DNA from: Squalus acanthias
Lineage: Eukaryota
Direction: 5' to 3'
DNA length: 64,000 bases
Assembly: GCA_030390025.1 (NCBI GenBank)
Contig: CM059447.1
Span: 31,682,001-31,746,000, forward strand
In this document: positions 12,194 through 23,784 of the stretch, piece by piece
Layout: every line of letters starts with the position of its first letter
Position numbering within the stretch: position 1 is the first letter of the stretch
Made by a program: the position numbers and the translations under genes
Notes under the pieces: model-generated
What the model was told of the DNA's origin: nothing
Database searches by the model: none
Seen by the model: only the letters and a program-made list of their open reading frames with translations

Positions 12194-14193
12194 CTACTTG
12201 TGCTTTATCTTCCTCTTACACATGCTCCTACATGGTGCTTCCCCTGTGGCTTCAGCAGATGTGGAGGCCCCTTGCTCACTTTCTTGCTGCTCCTGCCTCG
12301 ACACCTTTGGCGGCCATCCTCTGGGGTTGTGAGCCTGTGAGGGCTCGGCAACAGTCTGCTGCTCCTGCGGCTGTGCAGGGGCTGATACGCTGATCTCAGT
12401 TGGGTGAAGACTCTGGTGGGGCTCTGACCGAGGGCTCTGCAGTGGCATGGTCGTGTGAGCGCTTGGAGAGGAGCCCCCACTTCCTTGTTCTCTGCCACCA
12501 ACATCCCTCTCATGGGTCAGCCCCACTTCAGAGCTAGCAAGTGGCTTGACAGCACCTTGCTGCACTTCAGGGAGGCCATGAGGACCCATTTCTGCACTGG
12601 AAGTCCTACTCCAGAGGACTTCCATAAAGGTCTGGTTTCTCCGCTCAATAGCTGACCATCTCTCCTCAAGAGATGTCAGTCTATTCTGAACAATGACCAT
12701 GTTTTCAAGATCCTGGCAACTAAGCTCCTCCATGGCCGTGGCTATCCTCTCCTCTACTGTAGCCACCCTCTCCTCTACGGTAGCCAGCCTTACCATGGAG
12801 GTAGTCATCCTTTCCATGGAGGTTGCCATCCTTTCTGTGGTGATGCGTTCATGCGCCAATGCCTCCACAAAGGCCCTGCTCATGTTAGCGATGGACTCCT
12901 CCATTCGCTCCACACTCGCAGCGACCTGGAGACAAAACCTGCCAGAGACTCCTGCACCTGTTCCTGGAGTTCCAGCGTCGCTCTCCTTCTGGATGGACCC
13001 GGAGGCACAGGGTCGACATGCAGCTCAGCCGAGCTGGGAGAGTCCTGCACCCTCCGACGAGGACTCTCCACTGCTGTCCCTATCTCCACTATCTGCTGAT
13101 ACTCACTTGTGAGCTGTGATGCACCAGGTGACAACACTACTCTACCGAAGATCCCACCAATGTGTGAGTGTCTGCGCTGGTGCTGGATGCGCTTAATTCT
13201 GCTGACGCTGCGCCCTCAGAGGTTGCAGCTTCCTCTGAGGTGTCTGGGAACTCAGGCTGTTCTTCCTGGACAGTGGGGAGGGGGGCTGTCGATGGTCCTG
13301 TGGGGGAGTAAAGGAAAGAGTTAGACATGTGAGATAAACGTTGCATGCACATTGAATTGTGTAGATGATCATAAGTCAATCTGTTAGAGCATTAGAATCA
13401 ATATTAGTCACTCATGCAATGTTAATGAGAGAGATGAAAAACTATTCTGTCACCAGTTTGCTTTGATGCGCCTGTCTGTCCGCCCCCCACTTGCGCATCC
13501 TCCTCGACTCCCACGATCTCCAGGGCCGCCTCCTCAGCAGTGGTGAGTTGGGCTATTGAGGGTGGCCCTCCTCCTGTCCTCGCCCTCTCCCTCTTATTGT
13601 GGGCTCTCTTTTCCTGCAATGAGGGACACAAGTGGAGTTTGAGTGAGAATGAAGGAGTGAGTGTAGAGAATCCATAGCATAGATGCTTAGAAGGACACAA
13701 AGATGGAGTGAGGTGCCAAGACCAAGGGCCCTCCCTGTGTGTTGTAAGTTGTCATTGCATCACAGCGATAGAGAGTGTGAGGGCTGCATAGTTGAATAGT
13801 TAAGTGAATGTGAACATACAGAGAGAGGGAATGGTTAAGGGTCCAGGGATGTAAGGGTCAAGTGGGATGTGGAGGAGGAGGTTGACAAAGCAGAGTGCTG
13901 GTGATGAGAGGCGATGGGGATCAGATTGAGGGTCATGTGGATGGAATACTCACTTTTCCTGTGCGGAGAAGGTCATGAAACCTCTTTCTGCACTGCAGCC
14001 AGGTTCTGCTGCACATTGAAATGGCATTCACCTCCTGTGCCACTTGCAGCCACACAGCTTTGTTCTGTTGGGGTGGCTTTTTCCTCCCTGAAGAAGGAAA
14101 CAGCACTTCCTTATTCGCTCTTGCTCCCTCCTCCAGAGCTTGGAGGGAGTTCTCATCGAAACGGGGTGCACACTTTGGTCTGCTGCTTGACGT
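12194..14193 (-). pseudogene. Harbinger Myb/SANT-like DNA-binding protein gene, 3 exons (14193-13954, 13613-13454, 13297-12194)
   Basis: Exon 1 encodes APRFDENSLQALEEGA...VWLQVAQEVNA...RTWLQCRKRFHDLLR; exon 2 EKRAHNKRERARTGGGP. GT/AG splice sites with compatible phases (0, 1). Start codon reads ACG; two frameshifts in exon 3 (about 13140 and 12920). Confidence 0.88.
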
Positions 14194-14477
14194 GGTTGGA
14201 GCACGAATCCCTCAGAAGTATAAAGCAAAAGTTGTAAGGCAGAAAAAGAACCAAGGCTGCTTGCAGGCCTTAACTGCAGCTGCATAGATGACGTCATCAG
14301 AGGCGAATTTCAGCACCAAAATACTCATTGGGCCAGGGATTCCCACACGCTGGAAATGAAGTGCTCAATTAGGGGAAAATCGGTCAATTGTCACGCCTCA
14401 CATCGGAGGCAGGGTCGTGACCCGCCGACCACCTGACAAGCCCCTAGCCCGCCCCCAATGACAAAATCCAGCCCACA

Positions 14478-15400
14478 GTCTTCATGCTTCAGTAATCTGT
14501 TCCAGAGTGCAATGACTCTGTTTGAAAATAAATACTTCCTAACGCCTAACCTAACTCTTTGTTTACATAATTTATATATATATACCCACTATTTCTCCCA
14601 TTCCTACCATCTCCAGCTAGACAGAATCTAACTTTAAAAAAATTCACCCTTTAAAAAAAAATCAATCTTATCTGTTGAAACCTACGCTTCTCTAATGAAA
14701 ACAGTCCAACTCCTCAAGCCTTTCCTGATAACTAAAAGACCTCAGACTGGGTATCAGTTTTTTTTCCCTCCATATCATCTCAGGTCCTTAATATCTGGGG
14801 TCCAAAATGTACACAATGCTCCCAAGTGCAGCCCCAACAGGGCCTTGTGCAGCTTAAATATTCTACTTGTACTGTTCTAGCAATTTAACCTAAAATTATA
14901 TTTGCTTTTCAATGGCTTCATCACACTGCTTCAATGCTTAATCAACTATGAGCCCCAGATATCTCTCCTGCTCTGCTAACCTTTGATGGGTACTCGTGTA
15001 ATTTCTCGGTATTTCCAGAGTTTCCCCAAACCCAAAAGCACTTATCAAAAATAATAAACTTATCCACATTGAAGGACATCTGCCACACACAGGCTCATTC
15101 TCCTAACGTATCTAAATCAGCCTATAACCTCATTATTTGATCTAAATTCCCAATGCCCATGCACATTTTTCTGTCATCTTCAAACTTGTGAATAGTCCTA
15201 ACAATCATTTATGAAGATAATAAACTACAATTGTCCCAACACGGAGCCCTGCAGAACTCCACTCACGACTGGCCCCAAACAGATCGACTTCCATTGATGA
15301 TGACCCTCTTCCTATGGGAATTGCAAACAATTTCCAGTCCAATCCCACATGATGTAATCTTACCTAATAGCCTTCTATGCGGTACTTTATCCCCGGGTGT
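14478..15400 (-). mobile_element. Old CR1 LINE remnant (continues from about 9850-10168, left of the Harbinger)
   Basis: Antisense CR1-like text, e.g. CTGGGGTCCAAAATGTACACAATGCTCCCAAGTG, GTCATCTTCAAACTT, GGAGCCCTGCAGAACTCCACT. Confidence 0.7.
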
Positions 15401-16269
15401 CTAATGTAATCATATGTCAAATTAACATTCTTCCAGCCACCAGGAAAATAAAGGTGGCGTTGATGGCAGAAAGTGCCATCTAATCTCAGGACCCTGTTGT
15501 AAGATTGGAAGGTCAATCATGGTACTTGGAGATGCCTTTGGTACCTTTACTGTGGTTAGAATGGGTGTGCCTCTGTGTCTGTTAGCTATGCCGAAAACTG
15601 AGTGAGGCACTGAGATACTCAGACAGCAGTACTAACAAGGACAGCACAGAATATAGTACAAGCGGCTCAACAAACAGAAGTCAAAATCTAGAAATACATC
15701 AACGTCAAAGGAAAGTAACAAAGTAATGGTTTTGATTTTGCCTTGTCTACTTATTTAAGGCGAAAGTACAGCCTCTCGTTCTTTTCCTTACTTTCGGAAA
15801 TTAGTGCAAACGTTAGTGTTAAGCTCAGTTTTAATCAATAAAGGAACATTATTCCTGCTTAAAAGTGACAGCATTGTCAAAATAGATATTTGGAAAGTGT
15901 TTTTGTAATCTCATAAGTTGACAGTGTGTCAGTGAAAGGATTCCCTTTAAAGTGAATGATGGATGACCAGGTACCTCCCCAATTATACTTCACTGCTTCT
16001 TACCAACTAATTTGAACAAACTGTAAGTATGTTAAATGGCTGGGGGAATATTCATTGACATATGACTAAGGTAGGCAGCACAACATTTTTCTTTGCCTGT
16101 TGATTGTCTTAATTCCAAAAATGAAATGCATCTCCCACTATTTTCTTTCCTTTTTCCCAATTCTCTCCTGCAGACACTAATTCATGTTGGGATATGGTAC
16201 GAGACACCGACTAGTCGCTTGACCAATGGTCATTTTTCATATGTGATTAACATCAGTAAATGTTGGCAG

Positions 16270-16833
16270 GGCATTGGAGGTCGTGCCTTCAGCTGCTGAG
16301 GCCCTAAGCTTTGGAACTCCCTCCCTAAACCACTCTGCATCTCAACCTCTCTGTCCTCCTTTGAGACTGATTCACAGAATCACAGAATCCCCACAGTGCA
16401 GATAGAGGCCATTTCGGCCCATCAAGCCTGCACCGACACATATCCCACCCTATCCCTGTAACCCCACGTATTTAATCCCCCTAACACTAAGGGTCAATTT
16501 ATCGTAGCCAAATCAACCTAACCCGCACATCTTTGGACTGTGGGAGGAAACCGGAGCACCCGGAGGAAACCCACGCAGACACGGGGAGAATGTGCAAACT
16601 CCACACAGACAGTCACCCATGGCCAGATTCAAACCCGGGTCCCTGGCGCTGTGAGGCAACAGTGCTAACCACTATGCCACCGTGTTGTACCTCTTTGACC
16701 AAGCTTTTGGCCACCTGTCCTATTATCTCCTTATGTGGCTCGGTGTTAAATTTTGTTTGATAACGCCCCTGTGAAGCGCCTTGGGACATTTTACTACATT
16801 AAAGGTGCTATATAAGAGCAAGTTGTTGTTGTT
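16270..16833 (+). mobile_element. L2 3' end, interrupted by an HE1 SINE
   Basis: Matches the 3' end of the L2 at 2800-3060 on both sides of the SINE. Confidence 0.8.
16373..16686 (-). mobile_element. HE1-type V-SINE
   Basis: tRNA head (rc CACGGTGGCATAGTGGTTAGCACTG...CCCGGGTTTGAATC), V-domain (rc GTGTGGAGTTTGCACATTCTCCCCGTGTCTGCGTGGGTTTCCTCCGGGTGCTCCGGTTTCCTCCCAC), CR1-like tail with CACAGAAT repeats. Confidence 0.92.
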
Positions 16834-17585
16834 GGCATTCAACAGTTGGGGAGCATCAAAGTCAAACCTCACCTTAACCTTACTTGGCATCCCTATGCTT
16901 GCACTTATCCAACACTCAGTCACTGGATAATAATCAGGTGTGTGAATAAAGTGTACAGCAGGTTTGTCAGCATCTGAAAGAGAAAGATCTTTCTCGGAGA
17001 CTCTACATCTGAAGCAGGAACCCTGGCAAATTTTTCCCCTCTCTAGTTCAAGAACGCTGAGGCAAATTGCAGCATCACCACTGCTACCCAGTGTTTTGAC
17101 CAGCTAACTCATCACAGACCAGAAGCTGAACCTGGGATTTTCTTGAATTGTATAACTCAGGACTACGCTGGGCAATGCTTTTTCTCACTGAGTCATCAGG
17201 AATAAAATGCATTCTTTTTTTAGAAGATATACCAGCAAAGAAACCCCCATTACAACTCGAGACCAGAAAAGAACTGAAATGAATTAATCATCAATCCTTG
17301 CTGATCAAAGCTACGTCTAAGATATAAGTTTTCAAACCATCTCTAGGGGGTTCATAAGGTCATCAGATTTCAGTATTTGTTAACTTGCCAGCACATTATT
17401 TCTGTTGCTGTATACTAATAAAAATGTGTTCTGCAATTATGAGCATTGTTTTCCTTGGGATGGTAGATAGGAGTTGGCCAATATTTGCTGGGTGTCCTCA
17501 AGAACGTTAGTAGTTACAGAAGTTACCCCCACACAGATGAGTTTGAAAACTACTAATCAGCTTTTCTGAGCCCCAAAATCAGACT

Positions 17586-17607
17586 GGGGGGGGGGGGGGG
17601 GGGGGGG
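17586..17607. repeat. Poly-G tract (22 nt)
   Basis: Directly visible; followed by CGGTGGGGG. Confidence 0.95.
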
Positions 17608-17906
17608 CGGTGGGGGATGGTAAAGGGACTGCGGTGCAGTCATTGCTCAAGAGCTGAGATTTGTTGTGCTGACGATGAACATTCATGAGAAACCTTAACA
17701 AACGAGATAAAGTAATAGGTGCAAAGATTAACTTTTATTTTTAAAACTAGACTTTAGTTGGTGTGCGATTTATCTCTTGCTAAATTTCTTGCCTGCCTGC
17801 TCAAAAACTGGACTGTCCAGTTCCAAACTGGATGAACAGTCGTCCCAGTTTCATGTCATTTCACACCAACGCATCTGTTTCAACCTGACTAGTGAAGTGG
17901 TATACC

Positions 17907-20900
17907 TTTTTTAAAAATTTGTTTATGGGATGTGGGCGTCGCTGGCAAGGCCAGCATTTATTGCCCATCCCTAGTTGTCCTTGAGAAGGTGGTGGTGAGC
18001 CGCCTTCTTGCACCGCTGCAGTCCATGTGGTGAAGGTACTCCCACAGTGCTGTTAGGGAGGGAGTTCCAGGATTTTGACCCAGCGACGATGAAGGAACGG
18101 CGATATATATCTAAGTGAGGGTGGTGTGTGACTTGGAGGGGAACTTGGAGGTGGTGGTGTTCCCATGCGCCTGCTGCCCTTGTCCTTCTAGGTGGAAGAG
18201 GTCGCGGGTTTGGGAGGTACTGCCGAAGAAGCCTTGGCGAGTTGCTGCAGTGCATCTTGTAGATGGAACACACTGCAGCCATGGTAAGCCGGTGGTGGAG
18301 GGAGTGAATGTTTAAGGTGGTGGATGGGGTGCCAATCAAGCGGGCTGCTTTGTCCTGGATGGTGTCGAGCTTCTTGAGTGTTGTTGGAGCTGCACTCATC
18401 CAGGCAAGTGGAGAGTATTCCATCACACTCCTTACTTGTGCCTTGTAGATGGTGGAAAGGCTTTGGGGAGTCAGGAGGTGAGACACTCGCCGCAGAATAC
18501 CCAGCCTCTGACCTGCTCTTGTTGCCACAGTATTTATGTGGCTGGTCCAGTTAAGTTTCTGGTCAATGGTGACCCCCAAGATGTTGTTGGTGGGGGATTC
18601 GGTGATGGTAATGCCGTTGAATGTCAAGGGAAGGTGGTTAGACTCTCGCTTGTGGAGATAGTCATTGCCTGGCACTTCTGTGACGCGAATGTTACCTGCC
18701 ACTTATCAGCCCAAGCCTGAATGTCATCCAGGTCTTGTTGCATGCGGACATGGACTGCTTCATTATCTGAGGAGTTGTGAATTGCGCTGAACACTGTGCA
18801 GTCATCAGCGAACATCCCCATTTCTGACTTTATGTTGGAGGGAAGGTCATTGATGAAGCAGCTGAAGATGGTTGGGCCTAGGACACTGCCCTGAGGAACT
18901 CCTGCAGCGATGTCCTGGGGCTGTGATGATTGACCTTCAACCACCACAACCATCTTCCTTTGTGCTTGGTATGACTCCAGCCAGTGGAGCATTTCCCCCC
19001 CCCCAATTCCCATTGACTTCAGTTTTACTCGGGCTCCTTGATTCCACACTCGGTCAAATGCTGCCTTGATGTCAAGGGCAGTCACTCTCACCTCACCTCT
19101 GGAATTCAGCTCCTTTGTCCATGTTTGGACCAAGGCTGTAATGCGGTCGGGAGCCGAGTGGTCTCGACGGAACCTAAACTGGGCATCAGTGAGCAGGTTT
19201 TTGGTGAGTAAGTGCCGCTTGATAGCACTGTCGATGACACCTTCCATCACTTTGCTGATGATTAAGAGTAGACTGATGGGGTGGTAATTGGCTGGGTTGG
19301 ATTTGTCCTGCTTTTTGTGGACAGACATACCTGGGCAGTTTTCCACATTGTCGGATAGATGCCAGTGTTATAGCTGTACTGGAACAACTTGGTTAGAGGC
19401 GCGGCTAGTTCTGGAGCACAAGTCTTCAGCACGATAGCCGGGATGTTGTCGGGGCCATAGCCTTTACTGTATCCAGTGTGCTCAGCCGTTTCTTGATATC
19501 ACATGGAGTGAATCGAATTGGCTGAAGACTGGCTTCTGTGATGGTGGGGACCTCAGGAGCAGGCCGATATGGATCATCCACTCGGCATTTCTGGCTGAAG
19601 TTGGTTGCAAACTCTTCAGCCTTGTCTTTTGCACTCACGTGCTGGGGTCCGCCATCATTGAGGATGGGGATATTCATGGAGCCTCCTCCTCCTGTTAGTT
19701 GTTTAATGGTCCACCACCATTCACGACTGGATGTGGCAGGACTGCAGAGCTTTGATCTGATCCATTGATTGTGGGATCACTTAGCCCTGTCTATAGCATG
19801 CTGCTTCCTCTTTTTAGCATGCATGTCATCCTGTTTTGCAGCTTCCCCAGGTTGGCACCTCATTTTTAGGTACGCCTGGTGCTGCTCCTGGCATGCTCTT
19901 CTACAGTTCTCATTGAACCAGGGTTGGTCCCCTTGCTTGATGGTAATGGTAGAGTGAGGGATAAGCCAGGCCCTGAGGTTACAGATTGTGGTGGAATACA
20001 ATTCTGCTGCTGCTGATGGCCCACAGCGCCTCATGGATGCCCAGTTTTGAGCTGCTAGATCTGTTCTGAATCTATCCCATTTAGCATGGTGGTAGTACCA
20101 CACAACATGATGGAGGGTGTCCTCAGTATGAAGACGGGACTTCATCTCCACAATGACTGTACACTGCTACCAATACTGTCATGGACAGATGCATCAGGTA
20201 GATTGGTGAGGACGAGGTCAAGTAGGTTTTTCCCCTCTTCTTGGTTCTCTCACCACCTGTCGCAGGCCCAGACTGGCAGTTATGTCATTCAGGACTCGGC
20301 CAGTAGTGGTGCTATCGAGCCACTCTTGGTGATGGATATTGAAGTCCCCCACCCAGTGTACATTCAGTGCCCTTGCTACTCTCAGTGCTTCTTCCAAGTG
20401 GTGTTCAACATGGAGGAGTACTGATTCATAAGCTGAGGGAGGGCGGTAGGTGGTAATCAGCAGGAGGTTTCCTTGCCCATGCTTGACCTGAAGCCGTGAG
20501 ACTTCATGGGGTCCAGAGTCAATGTTGAGGACTCCCAGTGCCACTCCTTCCCGACTGTAGCGTAGTGGTAATGTCAGTGGGACAGGACATACCCAGGGAT
20601 GGTGATGGAGGGGTTCGGGACATTGGCTGAAAGGTATGATTCTGTGAGTATGACTATGTCAGGCTGACTAGTTTGTGGGACAGCTCTCCCAATTTTGGCA
20701 CAAGCCCCCAGATGTTGGTGAGGAAGACTTTGCAGGGATCGACTGGGCTGGGTGTGCCATTGTCGTGTCCGTAGCCGGTGCCGGTGCCAAGGTGGCCCGT
20801 CTGCTTTCATTCTTATTTTTGTGTTTCGTAGCAGTTTGTTACAATGGAGTGGCTTTTTAGACCATTTCAGAGGGCAGTTAAGAGTCAACCACATTGCTGT

Positions 20901-21155
20901 GGGTCTGGAGTCACATATAGGCCAGACCAGGTAAGGACAGTAGATTTCCTTCCCTAAAGGACATTAGTAAACATTACGACAATCCGATAGTTACCATTAC
21001 TGATACTAGTATTTTTTTTAAATTCCAGATTTATTTAATTAACTGAATGTAAATTCTCCAGCTGCCATGGTGGGATTTCAACTCACGTCTCTGGATCATT
21101 AATGAAGGCCTCTGGATTATTAGGCCAGTGATATTACCACTATGCTACCATTCCC
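17907..21155 (-). mobile_element. Near full-length Zenon-like LINE: tRNA-like head, short 5'UTR, single decayed EN-RT ORF, 3' tail
   Basis: APE endonuclease motifs PDIVILTESYL, TTYRPPS, WVGDFNIHH; RT motifs LDIKAAFDRVW, GVPQGSVLGP, MFADD; C-terminal HHHLLKDN; multiple frameshifts. Confidence 0.92.
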
Positions 21156-21377
21156 TTTTGGCAAAGTTGCCTTCATGTAAAGAACTTTGTAGAGCTGGCC
21201 CTCACATAGTGAGTTACAGTTTGGTTGAGTTAGGCTACTATTCATTCCCAACTTTCCAAAGTTACCATTTCTTGTTAAAAAGGGGAAGCGTCATTCTGTT
21301 AAAGCTGTGGTAACTGACTCCAGAGGTTTTGCTAACAATGGGGATCGGAGATTTAATTAAACAGAGTGAATATTGAC

Positions 21378-22432
21378 ACCAATGGTTGTGGTTGTAGTTG
21401 TTGGAGGCCAAGCATCTCAGCCCCAGAACATCACTGCAAGAGTTCCTCAGGGCAGTGTCCTAGGCCCAACTATCTCCAGTTACTTCATCAATTACCTTCC
21501 CTCCACCACAAGGTCAGAAGTGGGGATGTTCACTGACGATTGCATAGTGTTTACTGCCATTCACAACTCCTCAGATAATGAAGCAGTCCGTGCCCACATG
21601 CAGCAAGACCTGTATGACATTCAGGCTTGGGCTGATAAGCGGCAAGTAACATTCGTGCCACACAATGGCAGGTAATGATTATCTCCAACAAGAGAGAGTC
21701 TAACCACCGCCCCTTGACATTCAATGGCATTACCATCGCCGAATCCCCCACCATCAATATCCTGGGGAGTTACCACTGACCAGAAACTTAACTGGACCAG
21801 CCACATAAATACTGTGGCAGCAAGAGCAGGTCAGAGGCTGGGTATTCTGCGGTGAGTGTCTCACCTCCTGACTCCCCAAAGCCTTTCCACCATCTACAAG
21901 GCACAAGTAAGGAGTGTGATGGAATACTCTCCACTTGCCTGGATGAGTGCAGCTCCAACAACACTCAAGAAGCTCGACAACATCCAGGACAAAGCAGCCC
22001 GTTTGATTGGCACCCCATCCACCACCTTAAACATTCACTCCCTCCACCACCGGCGTACCGTGGCTGCAGTGTGTTCCATCTACAAGATGCACTGCAGCAA
22101 CTCGCCAAGGCTTCTTCGACTGCTCCTCCCAAACCCGCGACCTCTACCAACTAGAAGGACAAGGGCAACAGGCAGATGGGAACACCACCACCTCCAAGTT
22201 CCCCTCCAAGTCACACACCATCCTGACTTGGAAATATATCGCCGATCCTTCATCGTCACTGGGTCAAAATCCTGGAACTCCCTCCCTAACAGCACTGTGG
22301 GAGTACCTTCACCTCACGGACTGCAGCGGTTCAAGAAGGCGGATCACCACCACCTGCTCAAGGGCAATTAGGGATGGGCAATAAATGCTGGTCTTGACAG
22401 CGACGCCCACATCCTGTGAACGAATAAAAAAA
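21378..22432 (+). mobile_element. Zenon-like LINE, 5'-truncated, opposite orientation to the neighbouring copy
   Basis: VPQGSVLGP, MFTDD, KAQVRSVMEYSPLAW, HHHLLKGN; GAATAAAAAAA tail. Confidence 0.9.
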
Positions 22433-23784
22433 ACTTACTGTGTCAGCCAATGAGTTGAAGGAGAGGCAGAGCGGGGCTGGGCGGGACTTGAGTCTCTGAA
22501 CTCATGACAGAAACTACAGTAGATAGAGTCTCCCGAGTACAGCAGGATTATTTCTCCTGCAAAATGCAGTGAGTGGAGGATTGTTACATGATACAGATTT
22601 TGTGCATGAAATCAACCCAGTTACTTACAGCAGTGCAGTCTTCAGGCATGATTGACAGGGGGAATTACCCAATCACCTCCATTCTGGCCGGGACTTGTGG
22701 TGTCACGATGCGCAGCCTTAATTAAAACACAACGTGAGATCCAGCTGCTTCACTCAACCCAAGGCCGCCAGTTCCGGGATGGAAGCTACTGCTGCAGTCA
22801 CTGTCGTCTCAGCACAACAATGCCCGCACTGCACTGAAAACTGTAACCATGGGAATTGAAAGCTAATAGCCACCTAAGATCCAAGTGCAACCAAAATCCA
22901 CTTACCCACCCAAGGCATGTTCATAATGTTTCTCATTATTACATTTATTGTAGCTGTAACAAAGTCAGCTCAGCCCGCCAACAGTTCTGACTTCCAGCTA
23001 GACTTTATTCAAAAAGTATAGGGCACAGCATCAACAATGCTCAACATCGCAATTTAATTAGAACCTCTTCCTCTTTAGGCTATCTTGTATATGTGCAGCT
23101 TACTGTCTATTTTTTTAATACCACTGCCTGTACTACATTTCCCCCTTCACAATACAGTGTTTGCCATTAACCCTTTTACCTTTCCATAGCAATCCTGCAT
23201 TACATCAACGCTTTCGTTCCTCAGTTTTGCTGCTCACGGGAATGTGGAATTTATCAGTCGAATGCTTTGGTCAGATTTTGCTCTTTTAGGAGGACTTTAA
23301 ACATTTTGAAGTGCATTTTTTTTCCGGGGAGTATGGAAATATTTTTCATATCTCTATCCTTGTAAACAAGTCTGTTAAAAGAAAAGGTGAGTGCCAGAAG
23401 CAGAAGGAAAATGAGAGAGGGAAAGGCAGAATAGGGGAAGACAGTCAGCATGAGAGATGTATGAGCAGCAGAGTAATGATGGAGGAGGGCAGTGAGCAAG
23501 AAGGCAGTGCAGTGAGTAGTGGGGGGCGGGGGGGTGGAGGGAGTAAGTATAGGAGAAGATAGAGGAGTAAGTGTGAAGGGGAGGGCACAGAACTTGACAG
23601 TTAGTGCAGTGAGCCTGGGATGGGGGTGCTGGGGGAGTCAGCAGTGAACATGAGAGGGAGTGGGTAGTGAACATGAGAGACAGAGAGAGGAAATAAGCAT
23701 AGAGGGGGAGTGAGCACAAGAGATGGGATTGCGGTGAGCGTAAGAGGACACTGAGCCCGAGAGTGAGGAGAAGCTGAAGACTGT

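Larger units (their letters stand above)
10172..14474 (+). mobile_element. Full-length PIF/Harbinger transposon (family A), inserted in an old CR1 3' fragment
   Basis: TIRs GGGCTGAATTTTGCCA / GGGCTGGATTTTGTCA (14/16); perfect 3-bp TSD ACA (10169-71, 14475-77); convergent transposase and Myb genes. Confidence 0.95.

Noticed and set aside
15422-15690. Possible minus-strand exon in unique sequence
   Set aside because: Stops in all frames from the best acceptor; no recognisable peptide.
17586-17616. Functional G-quadruplex
   Set aside because: Homopolymer with no functional context; its length is unreliable.
21060-21150. tRNA gene
   Set aside because: A/B-box-like only; no cloverleaf that I can fold; contiguous with the LINE 5' region. 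The same applies to the SINE heads.
23380-23780. ORFs in purine-rich sequence
   Set aside because: Low-complexity GA-rich DNA; the ORFs are compositional artefacts.
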